The notes under the pieces: generated by a model | Seen by the model: the letters and a program-made list of their open reading frames with translations, nothing else | Told to the model about the DNA's origin: nothing | Databases searched by the model: none | Part shown: in pieces, positions 55,737 through 64,000 of the stretch | Layout of the letters: each line of letters begins with the position of its first letter | Numbering within the stretch: the first letter of the stretch is position 1 | Source of the DNA: a virus | Length of the DNA: 64,000 nt | Reading direction: 5' to 3' (one strand) | IMG/VR virus record: IMGVR_UViG_3300032087_002150 | Coordinates: 1 to 64,000 of that record | Position numbers and translations under genes: made by a program

Positions 55737-57152
55737 TTAGGCGATTTGAAATCCCTCAGCACTGATTTTCTTCCCTGAAGAAGTCATATCAAACACAGGA
55801 ACGTCCTCAGTCGGTATCTTTTTACCTGAAGCGACATCTTGAACGAGGTCATGTTCCGCGTCTTCAATGTCAAACAGTTTCATTTTACTTCGATCAATGC
55901 CGATTACGAACCTCTTATGCATGTTAGGATCGCTGTAACGATTCTTCAACTGTTTGACCATAACCTGATTCAACGCATTTAGTTCATCATTTGATACCAA
56001 GGCAAGCATCAGGTCAGCAGTAGCAGGTAGACCAAACGACTCACTTGTATCCTCGAGACCAGGATCGGATGACCCATAACCCGATCGCGTAGTTTGTGTT
56101 GCTGACATGATAGGCAGGTTAAACTCAACCGCCAGTCCACGTAACTCCTCAGCGATTGCCTTCACGAAAGTGTATGAGTTGACTGCACCGCCAACAGATT
56201 TTACTCGTGAAGAAGCACAAATATTCAAATAGTCTATAAAGACTACATCAGGCACGAACTTCTTTTTCAGTTTGAGTTCATTCAACAGAGCACGGAAGTG
56301 ACCAGAATGTGCCTGGGAAGTAGGATACTCTTTGATGACCAGAGTGCCTTGTGTTTTCTCTGCTAGTTTCTGTACCTTACCGACGAACATATCCTTGGAC
56401 AGCGTAGTAATCTGATCCAACGACACGTCCAACAGATTGGCGTCGATACGTTCAGCGATACGCTCCTCTGCCATTTCCATAGTTACATACAACACGTTCT
56501 TGCCTTGACTTAACGCTGCTGCTGCACAATGACACATGAACAGCGACTTACCAACACCTGTACCAGCAAGAATAATGTTCAACGACTTGTTAGGCAACCC
56601 ACCCTTGGTGATCTTGTTCAGATAATCAAGGTCAAAGGGGATACGCTCTTCAACTGTATGATAGAACTCATATCGCTCCTCAGCGTCCTGCAAATAGTCG
56701 TGACCGATATTAGTATCGAAAGTCACCGCAAGTGCCTTTGACAAAATATCTGGCAATGCATTCTTCGTCAGAGTTTGATGCTTACCGTCGATGATAGAGA
56801 TGGACTCCATCACTGCGTTGAACAACGCACGGTCCTGACACCAACTTTCAGTGTTAGAAATCAACCAATCAAGATTAGTCTCAGTATCCTCAACAAAGAG
56901 ATCAGGCAGAATATCCATAGCATGCCTGAATGCTTCTTCGGAGAAACTTTCCTCGCTTTCCTGCACCGAGATACGGAAGGCATCGAGAGAAGGAACGCCA
57001 TTATACTTGGCAACATACTTCGCAAACTCTTTGAAGAGTTGTTGATGCACACCTTCAAAATACTTTGGTTCCATGAAAGGTACAACCCTTCGCATATAAT
57101 CTTCGTTGGTGAAGAAAGAGCGGAGGATCATATTTTGCATGTCTAGATTCAT
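55737..57152 (-). CDS. gp41: T4 gp41-like replicative helicase
   Basis: AGTGVGKS, TMEMAEERI, IDYLNIC, ATQTTR, SESFGLPATAD, KNRY. Confidence 0.96.
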   Translation of the reverse strand: MNLDMQNMILRSFFTNEDYMRRVVPFMEPKYFEGVHQQLFKEFAKYVAKYNGVPSLDAFRISVQESEESFSEEAFRHAMDILPDLFVEDTETNLDWLISNTESWCQDRALFNAVMESISIIDGKHQTLTKNALPDILSKALAVTFDTNIGHDYLQDAEERYEFYHTVEERIPFDLDYLNKITKGGLPNKSLNIILAGTGVGKSLFMCHCAAAALSQGKNVLYVTMEMAEERIAERIDANLLDVSLDQITTLSKDMFVGKVQKLAEKTQGTLVIKEYPTSQAHSGHFRALLNELKLKKKFVPDVVFIDYLNICASSRVKSVGGAVNSYTFVKAIAEELRGLAVEFNLPIMSATQTTRSGYGSSDPGLEDTSESFGLPATADLMLALVSNDELNALNQVMVKQLKNRYSDPNMHKRFVIGIDRSKMKLFDIEDAEHDLVQDVASGKKIPTEDVPVFDMTSSGKKISAEGFQIA

Positions 57153-57556
57153 TCAGTTATTTCTCTTGTCTTTAAAGCACCGTCTTTTTGCCACTCACCA
57201 AGTGCGGTGGTCAGGCAAGAAGTCAGAGTGTTCAGGAAGTGTGTATGGTCAGTGACTACTGTTTCTTTGGGTTCGTAGATCTTGTAGTAATCATATTGTA
57301 GACCATCACCTTCCATCATAATATTTTGAAACTTAACAAGGATATCGGTGTACGGTTCCTTCAATAACAGCATGCACCACTCATCAGCTGCTGATGGATT
57401 AGAACTATCCCTTGCTGCTTCCGGATCAGGCAAAATCAAATAATCATCATACTCACCAACCTCAAATGACTCGATGTCTTTATCTGCCATAATAGTGAGT
57501 GAGTTGAGGTGAGGATACTTGTCAAGGTAATCCTCCATTGCTGCTTTATCAGACAT
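57149..57556 (-). CDS. Hypothetical protein at the gp40 position
   Basis: Acidic ORF between uvsX and gp41; start uncertain. Confidence 0.55.
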   Translation of the reverse strand: MSDKAAMEDYLDKYPHLNSLTIMADKDIESFEVGEYDDYLILPDPEAARDSSNPSAADEWCMLLLKEPYTDILVKFQNIMMEGDGLQYDYYKIYEPKETVVTDHTHFLNTLTSCLTTALGEWQKDGALKTREITE

Positions 57557-57959
57557 CAATAAACTCTCGATTCTTGATATGTTGTTCGGCAATCTCATCT
57601 TTAGATTGTCCATGATATTCAACAGCGATATGCTTTTCAATCATCATAGCATTAACGCTGCGATATGAGTCAGTCTCACCGTCATAGATCATAAACTCAC
57701 CAAGGATGCGACCGAACTTACCACGACCATCCTTCTTTGTACGGATGATACCTGTTTTACCAAGTGCGTTCTTCAGATAGTTCTTGGCATACAGTCCATA
57801 CTTCTTTTCTTCTTTGTCACGAGTGCGCGACTCAGGCGTGTCGATACCATACAGTCGGATACGTTGGTCTCGTAGGACAACATCGAATCCTAGATCAATA
57901 TCAACATCGACTGTGTCACCGTCAACTACCTTGACAATTTTACATTGATACTCAAACAT
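57549..57959 (-). CDS. Staphylococcal nuclease-like (SNase) protein
   Basis: VVDGDT, RLYGIDTPE, GKFGRIL. Confidence 0.9.
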   Translation of the reverse strand: MFEYQCKIVKVVDGDTVDVDIDLGFDVVLRDQRIRLYGIDTPESRTRDKEEKKYGLYAKNYLKNALGKTGIIRTKKDGRGKFGRILGEFMIYDGETDSYRSVNAMMIEKHIAVEYHGQSKDEIAEQHIKNREFIDV

Positions 57960-59004
57960 GTTCTTCCTCTAGTTCTAGTTCAAGTTCTTCGATTTCCCCA
58001 CCAATCTGGTAGGACTTTCTTACGAAATCTTTGAAGTCAGATTCGGTAAGGAGCGGTTCCCAGAAAGTATCTGTTCTTGTGTCTTTCTCTCTGACTTTGT
58101 TGCCAACGAGTTGTCCAGTGCTCTTATCAACAAGTTGATACCACCCGTTGCTAGGTTTAATAACATACCCACCAGCAAGAGCAACATCCAAAAGACCAGA
58201 GTAACGCTCAATACCACCTTCCCAACTAACTGAGACAGGAACTTTCGACTTCTCTCTAACATAACGCGACTTCTCCACGTTGATTATAAAATCGTAACCA
58301 GTGACTTCAGTACCAGTCTTGTTCTGGCGACGACCAATGATCCACACATTATCAGCAGAGTACATGATACCTGTGCCACCTGATACAATATCTTTCGGGA
58401 ACAATCCAATCTCTTTGTATGTGTGATTGATAGCAAGCATCGGGATATCTTTCATAGTCAGATATGGCGTGACCATACGGAACAGACCCTTCAATGCTTT
58501 CGCTCTTGACATATCTGCGACTGACTTCTCATTGATAGCATCCTCAAGTTCTTTCTTCGATGCTAGATTGCCGATAGAGTCAATCACGATTACCACATCG
58601 TCGGTTGCTTCAAGTGCTTCCAACTGAGCAATCAAGTCAAACTTCAACTCCTCGACGTTAGCGATAGGAGTATGCAGTACACGATCAGTGTCGATACCGA
58701 ACGTCTTGAAATATGCTTGGGGTGAACCAAACTCTGAATCATAGAATAACACGACTGACTCAGGTTTCGCTTTCTGATATGCTGCTGCCATCAACAAAGC
58801 GAACGAAGTCTTGAAGTGTTTACTTGGTCCAGCAAGCACAGTCAACCCAGAGGATAGTCCACCGTCAATATCGCCGCTCAAGGCAACGTTGACCATTGGT
58901 ACGCCTGTGTTGATCAGTTCTTTTTCTACGAAGAACTTGGAATCAGACAACGTCTCCGCTGCCTTGATCTTGCTGTTCTTCTTCAGTTTATCCATTACAC
59001 TCAT
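57952..59004 (-). CDS. uvsX: UvsX RecA-like recombinase
   Basis: AGPSKHFKT, YDSEFG, IDSIGNLASKKE, DMSRAK. Confidence 0.96.
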   Translation of the reverse strand: MSVMDKLKKNSKIKAAETLSDSKFFVEKELINTGVPMVNVALSGDIDGGLSSGLTVLAGPSKHFKTSFALLMAAAYQKAKPESVVLFYDSEFGSPQAYFKTFGIDTDRVLHTPIANVEELKFDLIAQLEALEATDDVVIVIDSIGNLASKKELEDAINEKSVADMSRAKALKGLFRMVTPYLTMKDIPMLAINHTYKEIGLFPKDIVSGGTGIMYSADNVWIIGRRQNKTGTEVTGYDFIINVEKSRYVREKSKVPVSVSWEGGIERYSGLLDVALAGGYVIKPSNGWYQLVDKSTGQLVGNKVREKDTRTDTFWEPLLTESDFKDFVRKSYQIGGEIEELELELEEEHV

Positions 59005-60089
59005 GCTGCATCCTCATCAAACATATCAACCTGACCTGTTGTATCCAACACGTCTTCTTCATTCAACACTTCATCAATGTCGTTGCTTACAATCTCAACT
59101 TCTTCTTCTTTGAACCTGACGTTGGCAACTTTCTCACGGTCATCAAGTTCATACTCACTACGGAGTTCCTTGTTGATTTCCTGCACAGTTTCGAGCAGAG
59201 TCATCTTGTCAGTGTAGTTGACGAAAGCAGACAAGTCTTTCGGGAAACAAGCACCACCAAACCCTCGCTTGTTATCTGGACCAGGAACTCGCCAATGAGT
59301 TGGACCAAGTCTTGGTTCATGAGACAATGCCTTTATGACTTCCATCGGATTAACAGACAGGGTCTCATCTTCCAATGCCTTGTACAGTTGATTGAAGAAT
59401 GTCACTTTCATTGCCAAGAAAGTATTGATAGCATACTTGATAAATGATGCTTCAACTGGATGGCAAGTAGTGACCTTGTTGGGATCATTCGGGAACTTCA
59501 TGTAAGTGTTTGATCTATAAAACTCCATCAACTGTTGAGTTGAGTCTGGCAATCCACCCAGCACCATGTACTCGGGATTACAAAACTCATGATCAGCATT
59601 TTTCTCAGTCAAAAACTCCGGAGAGTAGATGAAGCGAGAAGCTGCCTCGGCACCTTCAACTGACCGACAAATCTTATCAATGACGTCAGGCGTAACAGTA
59701 GACTTCAAAACCACAGCAGATTTAGTCAATCGAATCAACTTCAAGACTGCATCAATGGTGACTGCTGCATCAATCCTACCGTTATTCAACACTGGGGTAG
59801 GAGTACAGACAAAACAAAGAGCAGGTTCCTGCTCGATCAACTGGTCGATGTTAGTTTTGTAGTTGGGATCAACTAGGAATCTCTCAATATTCTCATTGAA
59901 TGATCGCTCAACTGCCTTACCCACGAATCCATGACCCACGATACCAACCAAAGGTTTATCACCTTTGCCGTAATCAGGATCAGTGGGGAAGAAGGAAGGT
60001 CTTTCTTGTTCTTGCTCTGCTTGCTGCTGTTGCATTCGAATCATTTCTGCCTGCTGCAAGAGACGCTGTTGTTCTTCAGTTAGTTCCAT
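59001..60089 (-). CDS. UDP-glucose/GDP-mannose dehydrogenase family (short form)
   Basis: GHGFVG, CTPTP, KSTV, PEFL, KYAIN, GFGGACFPKD. Confidence 0.9.
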   Translation of the reverse strand: MELTEEQQRLLQQAEMIRMQQQQAEQEQERPSFFPTDPDYGKGDKPLVGIVGHGFVGKAVERSFNENIERFLVDPNYKTNIDQLIEQEPALCFVCTPTPVLNNGRIDAAVTIDAVLKLIRLTKSAVVLKSTVTPDVIDKICRSVEGAEAASRFIYSPEFLTEKNADHEFCNPEYMVLGGLPDSTQQLMEFYRSNTYMKFPNDPNKVTTCHPVEASFIKYAINTFLAMKVTFFNQLYKALEDETLSVNPMEVIKALSHEPRLGPTHWRVPGPDNKRGFGGACFPKDLSAFVNYTDKMTLLETVQEINKELRSEYELDDREKVANVRFKEEEVEIVSNDIDEVLNEEDVLDTTGQVDMFDEDAA

Positions 60090-60133
60090 TTGATACTCTC
60101 CATAACAATACACATATTGTACTATAAACTGAT

Positions 60134-60598
60134 TTATTTGTCAAGCGGTACCATCTCTACAGTTACACCGCTCTTTTCAAGGAAATCCAATCCGGATCCT
60201 ATGCTGGCATCATATGTTTGGGCGACATACACCTCTTTGATACCAGACTGATAGATCAGTTTGGCACACTCGATGCATGGGGTGTGAGTGCAGAACAGTG
60301 AAGCACCCTCGCTACTTTCACTGCTCCTTGCTATTTTTGCGATAGCATTCTCTTCAGCGTGGATCACTTCAGGTTTGGTGCGATAGGACAGATCTGGTTC
60401 CCACTCGCCCTCAGACCATTCAGGTGCCTCGCACTCGTTATCCCAACCAGTTGGAGTACCGTTGTATCCTATGCTGATTATACGTTCATCTTTGACTACG
60501 ATAGCACCAACCTTGAGTTTCTTGGCATGACTCAGATTAGCAAAGGTGTGTGCCACCTCCATAAATGCGTTTTTAAACTTATCTTTCATATCTTTCAT
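60134..60598 (-). CDS. dCMP deaminase
   Basis: GYNG, HAEENAI, PCIEC. Confidence 0.95.
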   Translation of the reverse strand: MKDMKDKFKNAFMEVAHTFANLSHAKKLKVGAIVVKDERIISIGYNGTPTGWDNECEAPEWSEGEWEPDLSYRTKPEVIHAEENAIAKIARSSESSEGASLFCTHTPCIECAKLIYQSGIKEVYVAQTYDASIGSGLDFLEKSGVTVEMVPLDK

Positions 60599-61101
60599 TT
60601 CTTCTTTAGCGCAACCAAGGTGCCTACTTGATCTACTACATCATAAAAGTCCAAAATTCTGTCGTACCTAGGACGCTTCATGCCACTACCATCAACAATA
60701 GGACCCCAATCGTGGACAAGCACAATGGAGGTTTCGTCGATCACATTCTGAACTGACTCGGCGACCCATTGCCTAGCGCGACCATCTATAAAGACTACGT
60801 CAAACTTTCTGTTCTGTGTCTTTGGCCAGTCGATGTACTTCGCGAACAAATCCCTTGGAGCGGGTTTAACATTTTTTGTTGGTATGGCAACGTATTCCAC
60901 GTTGGAGAGGTTTCGTATTTTATTTTTGACAACCTTCACCCAGTGTTTATTGTGCTCAATCGACGTCAAGTGCTTTACCTTCTCAGCGAAATACGCGGTG
61001 CTGGCGCCAGAACCATACTCCAACATGGTAGTATCTTGATCGAGGTATTGCTCGATCAGTTCTATTTCGTTTGAATGCATCAGGGGCGTGCTCATATTCA
61101 T
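60595..61101 (-). CDS. Class I SAM methyltransferase-like
   Basis: LEYGSGAST, SIEH, FIDGR, VHD. Confidence 0.8.
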   Translation of the reverse strand: MNMSTPLMHSNEIELIEQYLDQDTTMLEYGSGASTAYFAEKVKHLTSIEHNKHWVKVVKNKIRNLSNVEYVAIPTKNVKPAPRDLFAKYIDWPKTQNRKFDVVFIDGRARQWVAESVQNVIDETSIVLVHDWGPIVDGSGMKRPRYDRILDFYDVVDQVGTLVALKKK

Positions 61102-61298
61102 GAGTCTAGAATCTTATCGACACCTTCAACCATTTCGAGAGCATGAACATACTTGTCTACCTGCGCTTCAACCGATTCGACGATGTCAGGATGTTCGCCG
61201 ATACCTACAGCATTATTGTAAACTTCAATGTTTACCAGTGCTTCTTCCATGATCGCCGCGTGCTTTGCTCTCACTGCTTTTAATAGTTTCTCTTTCAT
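61098..61298 (-). CDS. Conserved hypothetical protein
   Basis: NIEVY..AVGIGEHPDI motif. Confidence 0.75.
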   Translation of the reverse strand: MKEKLLKAVRAKHAAIMEEALVNIEVYNNAVGIGEHPDIVESVEAQVDKYVHALEMVEGVDKILDS

Positions 61299-61364
61299 GT
61301 TTGTAACACCTCCGACAGTTACAACCCTTTATATATTTCCAAATGATGTGATTTTCCCACCACA

Positions 61365-61931
61365 TTAAAATCCTGCGATCCTATGGTTCACCTTGCTGTG
61401 CTTCGCTTCATCTGCCCGCACATATTTTACCATGTCTGATAACATAGCATCCTCGAGCAGTCCATAATACTCAATAGCAAGTTGCGGGGCAGGTACGTTC
61501 TCTATCTCGCCTGACTCAATCAACTCAAGATACTCAGTGTAGGAACGAACTGCCTCCTCCTCAAAATATGCGATCATCTTATGCGCAGTCTTTGGAGCGA
61601 GAATATAGAATACAAGGTAGAAGTGCCAAAAGATAAACTGGGCAATCATAATCAACCTTCGCTCAAACCAGTTTGGTTTGGCGATTTCAATGAAAAACAT
61701 CAAATGCTTGCGTTCGTTCTCTGCCTCTTCCAGCATCTCATGAATCATTGTACCGTTACCACGTTCCATCTTGCGTAGACTACGGAGATGAATCAGCATA
61801 CCAGCAACCATACCAGGAACACCAGCGATAGTTTCTAGTACCACCGCACGGTGTCCGTATCGTTTAGCAAAGAACGTATCGGCGAAGAACCGAAAGAACT
61901 TTGTCATTGATCTAGCAAACCAGTCTCTCAT
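61365..61931 (-). CDS. aox: Alternative oxidase (ubiquinol oxidase)
   Basis: LETIAGVPGM, NERKHL, FEEEA..SY, RADEAKH di-iron motifs. Confidence 0.95.
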   Translation of the reverse strand: MRDWFARSMTKFFRFFADTFFAKRYGHRAVVLETIAGVPGMVAGMLIHLRSLRKMERGNGTMIHEMLEEAENERKHLMFFIEIAKPNWFERRLIMIAQFIFWHFYLVFYILAPKTAHKMIAYFEEEAVRSYTEYLELIESGEIENVPAPQLAIEYYGLLEDAMLSDMVKYVRADEAKHSKVNHRIAGF

Positions 61932-62371
61932 AGCGTTGCAATGTACTCCGCAAGATCGTTCATGTCTTGATCAGATAGTCCTGCTGCCTGACCCCACATG
62001 AGGTTGCTTTGATTACCGACCTTCTCGCCTGCCTTGTATTGATTGAGTCGACCAACGATGTACTCTACAGTCTGACCCGCCAACGCAGGACCAACACCTC
62101 CACCACCTTGCGCGCCATGACACGCACCACAAGCAGCATACTTTGCCTCACCAGGAAGTGCGGCAACTGGTACTACAGCCGTGACTCCATCTACCATTAC
62201 AACGCTAAATGGTTTGATGCGTTCTTCGATAGCGGCACGTTGATCTTTTGTGATACTAATCTTCTTTGCTAGACCAGGATCATTCTGACCACATCCTGCC
62301 AACAGAATGACAGACACAATCGCTATCAATAACAACAAACTTCTTGTTGGAAAACAACTATAAAATTTCAT
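61928..62371 (-). CDS. Lipid-anchored class I cytochrome c
   Basis: Lipobox LLAGC; CGACH; PALAGQ; axial Met in NLMW. Confidence 0.9.
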   Translation of the reverse strand: MKFYSCFPTRSLLLLIAIVSVILLAGCGQNDPGLAKKISITKDQRAAIEERIKPFSVVMVDGVTAVVPVAALPGEAKYAACGACHGAQGGGGVGPALAGQTVEYIVGRLNQYKAGEKVGNQSNLMWGQAAGLSDQDMNDLAEYIATL

Positions 62372-62520
62372 CCGAACTTTGCTCCTGAGTTAACTCCGTC
62401 TTTTTTCTTTTGCCATGGTGGTGTGTACTCACCATCAAGGTAATCTCCATAGAGCATACCAAAGAACATGATCAACGGTGCCGCAATCCAAAATACTACA
62501 AATACATCAAGCAGTGTCAT
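62368..62520 (-). CDS. Single-TM peptide
   Basis: MTLLDVFVVFWIAAPLIMFFG. Confidence 0.45.
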   Translation of the reverse strand: MTLLDVFVVFWIAAPLIMFFGMLYGDYLDGEYTPPWQKKKDGVNSGAKFG

Positions 62521-62719
62521 TTGACTTCGCCCTCTTTCTACAATACGTGTATGGTTCTTCCCTGATGATTGTACCCTGCATCGGATAAGGCAATCGTTCT
62601 CTTCTCTCGATAATCTCAGTTGTCCACTCAAGGCAAGGTGCCTTCTCTTCTTCAATAGAGGTACAACCAGATAGTAAAATCAGAAGGACTATCCCTCCTT
62701 TTCCAAATCCCATACACAC
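62507..62719 (-). CDS. Small lipoprotein
   Basis: LLSGC lipobox; start uncertain. Confidence 0.5.
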   Translation of the reverse strand: MCMGFGKGGIVLLILLSGCTSIEEEKAPCLEWTTEIIERRERLPYPMQGTIIREEPYTYCRKRAKSNDTA

Positions 62720-63027
62720 CTCCTATCTTTGACATCAGGTAAAGGAGTTCTCTTTACCCAAAGATGTCCGTTCTTCTCAGCATCTTGAAAAGTGAGTGCT
62801 GTTATGAAGAATGCGCCAATAACAAGTAAGTGTGCCCCAACACTACCGATTCCGAAATAAATTGTGTACCCAGTCCAAATAGTAAACACAACAGTCCACA
62901 TTACTGACAGATAGAACATCAGAATAAACTGTGTGAATGCGTTTGGAATGTGTCGCAGTGGATTGACCTTCAAACTAAAAAAGAAGTTGTACAGATCATA
63001 AATCCAAAAACCAATTGATTTAAACAT
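62689..63027 (-). CDS. Small membrane protein
   Basis: NPLRHIP then two TMs; TAATG-coupled to aceA. Confidence 0.7.
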   Translation of the reverse strand: MFKSIGFWIYDLYNFFFSLKVNPLRHIPNAFTQFILMFYLSVMWTVVFTIWTGYTIYFGIGSVGAHLLVIGAFFITALTFQDAEKNGHLWVKRTPLPDVKDRRCVWDLEKEG

Positions 63028-64000
63028 TAGAACTGCTCCGCTTCAGTTGAACCTGACAAGGCAGCGGTAGAACTACCAAGTGCCTCAGTGATCACATCAA
63101 AATATCCTACGCCAACTTCTCTTTGATGCTTTGTGCTTGTGTAACCAAACTGCTCTGCGGCAAACTCCTCTTCCTGTAACCAAGAGTATGCCAGCATGCC
63201 ATGCTTCTTGTACGAACGAGCGAACTGAAACACTGCGTTGTTCGTGGCATGGAAACCAGCGAGCGTGATAAACTGAAACTTGAATCCCATCTTGCTCAAC
63301 TCCCACTGGAAGTCAGCAAGTTCTTGATCACCTGGGATGCTCTTGCGCCAGTTGAATGATGGCGAGCAGTTATACGCGAGCATCGCGTCAGGGACAGCAC
63401 CCCTCACCGCATCAGCAAACTGCTTCGCTTCTTTCAGACAAGGTTTTGAGGTTTCGCACCATACTAGATCAGCATACTCTGCATATCGCTGACCGCGTTC
63501 ACAACCGAACTCTAGTCCACGTCCTTCTTGGATGGAGTAGAATCCTTCTGGGGAACGATCTCCGGTGAGGAACTTACGGTCAAGATCGTCGACATCGGTC
63601 GCAAGGAACTTGGCAGATTCTGCGTCCGTTCGAGCAATAACAAGAGTGTCGGTCCCAGCAACATCACTAGCGAGACGAGCAGCATTAAGATTACGAATGG
63701 CTTGGGAGGTTGGGATGAGAACCTTTCCTCCGAGGTGTCCGCACTTTTTTTCTGAGGAGACTTGGTCTTCGAAGTGAACGGCTGCTGCGCCTGCCTCAAT
63801 AAGATTTCGTGCCAGTTCGTAAGCATTTAAGACTCCTCCGAATCCTGCTTCTGCATCCGCGATGATAGGAGCGAACGGAAACCCTTCTCCACCTTCAGAT
63901 ACAGAGATTTGATCTTGTCGGCGAAAACTATTATTGATATTCCTAACGACATCAGGAACAGAGTTAACAGGGTAGAGACTCTGGTCAGGATAAGTTTCCA
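63027..64000 (-). CDS. aceA: Isocitrate lyase (5' end outside the window)
   Basis: Open frame: [74 protein letters not shown]. Confidence 0.96.
   Translation of the reverse strand, partial: ETYPDQSLYPVNSVPDVVRNINNSFRRQDQISVSEGGEGFPFAPIIADAEAGFGGVLNAYELARNLIEAGAAAVHFEDQVSSEKKCGHLGGKVLIPTSQAIRNLNAARLASDVAGTDTLVIARTDAESAKFLATDVDDLDRKFLTGDRSPEGFYSIQEGRGLEFGCERGQRYAEYADLVWCETSKPCLKEAKQFADAVRGAVPDAMLAYNCSPSFNWRKSIPGDQELADFQWELSKMGFKFQFITLAGFHATNNAVFQFARSYKKHGMLAYSWLQEEEFAAEQFGYTSTKHQREVGVGYFDVITEALGSSTAALSGSTEAEQF

Noticed and set aside
15557-59004. Introns, inteins or stop-codon recoding in nrdA, nrdB, gp41, uvsX
   Set aside because: All are uninterrupted and of normal length under the standard code
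1503-59010. Several proteins ending in -EAA/-EVA/-AA as ClpXP degrons
   Set aside because: Largely explained by the next gene's SD overlapping the end (GGAGGCAGC-TAATG)
490-63777. Numerous + strand ORFs in the track
   Set aside because: They are antisense shadows of well-supported minus-strand genes with no SD or motifs; only 43895-44170 was accepted

Overview
Almost the whole window is a segment of a large T4-like myovirus genome, most likely infecting a marine Gram-negative heterotroph. A gammaproteobacterial host is inferred from IHF boxes, a TonB-box mimic and the c-type cytochrome. Nearly all genes lie on the minus strand. T4-like hallmarks are gp41 helicase, uvsX, nrdA/nrdB, dCMP deaminase, PhoH, T4-type lysozyme, Hsp20, spanins, TATAAATA late promoters and CUUCGG hairpins. 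Bases 1-68 are sequencing artefact (poly-C plus Illumina TruSeq adapter), and ~69-470 look like foreign bacterial DNA joined chimerically. Accessory content: (1) a 10-kb glycan-tailoring cluster; (2) a cluster of proteins carrying T4-like capsid-targeting sequences, including a ligase-fold and a HIGH-fold nucleotidyltransferase; (3) a 4.2-kb exported-protein cassette with a pilin-like subunit, a one-domain PapD-like chaperone and two beta-hairpin membrane proteins but no usher, preceded by an RBS-occluding hairpin and apparently inserted into a split gene (the best candidate for an undescribed system); (4) an EcoRI-like R-M pair; (5) a ROSE-like thermometer ahead of hsp20 and a TonB-box peptide; (6) a radical SAM/oxygenase/sulfotransferase cluster; (7) a mostly non-coding ori/pac-like region at ~49.5-52 kb; (8) an isocitrate lyase-cytochrome c-alternative oxidase module. 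Seven early promoters share an IHF box at fixed spacing, and RGCY is strongly avoided. All family assignments come from motif recognition by eye, not database searches.
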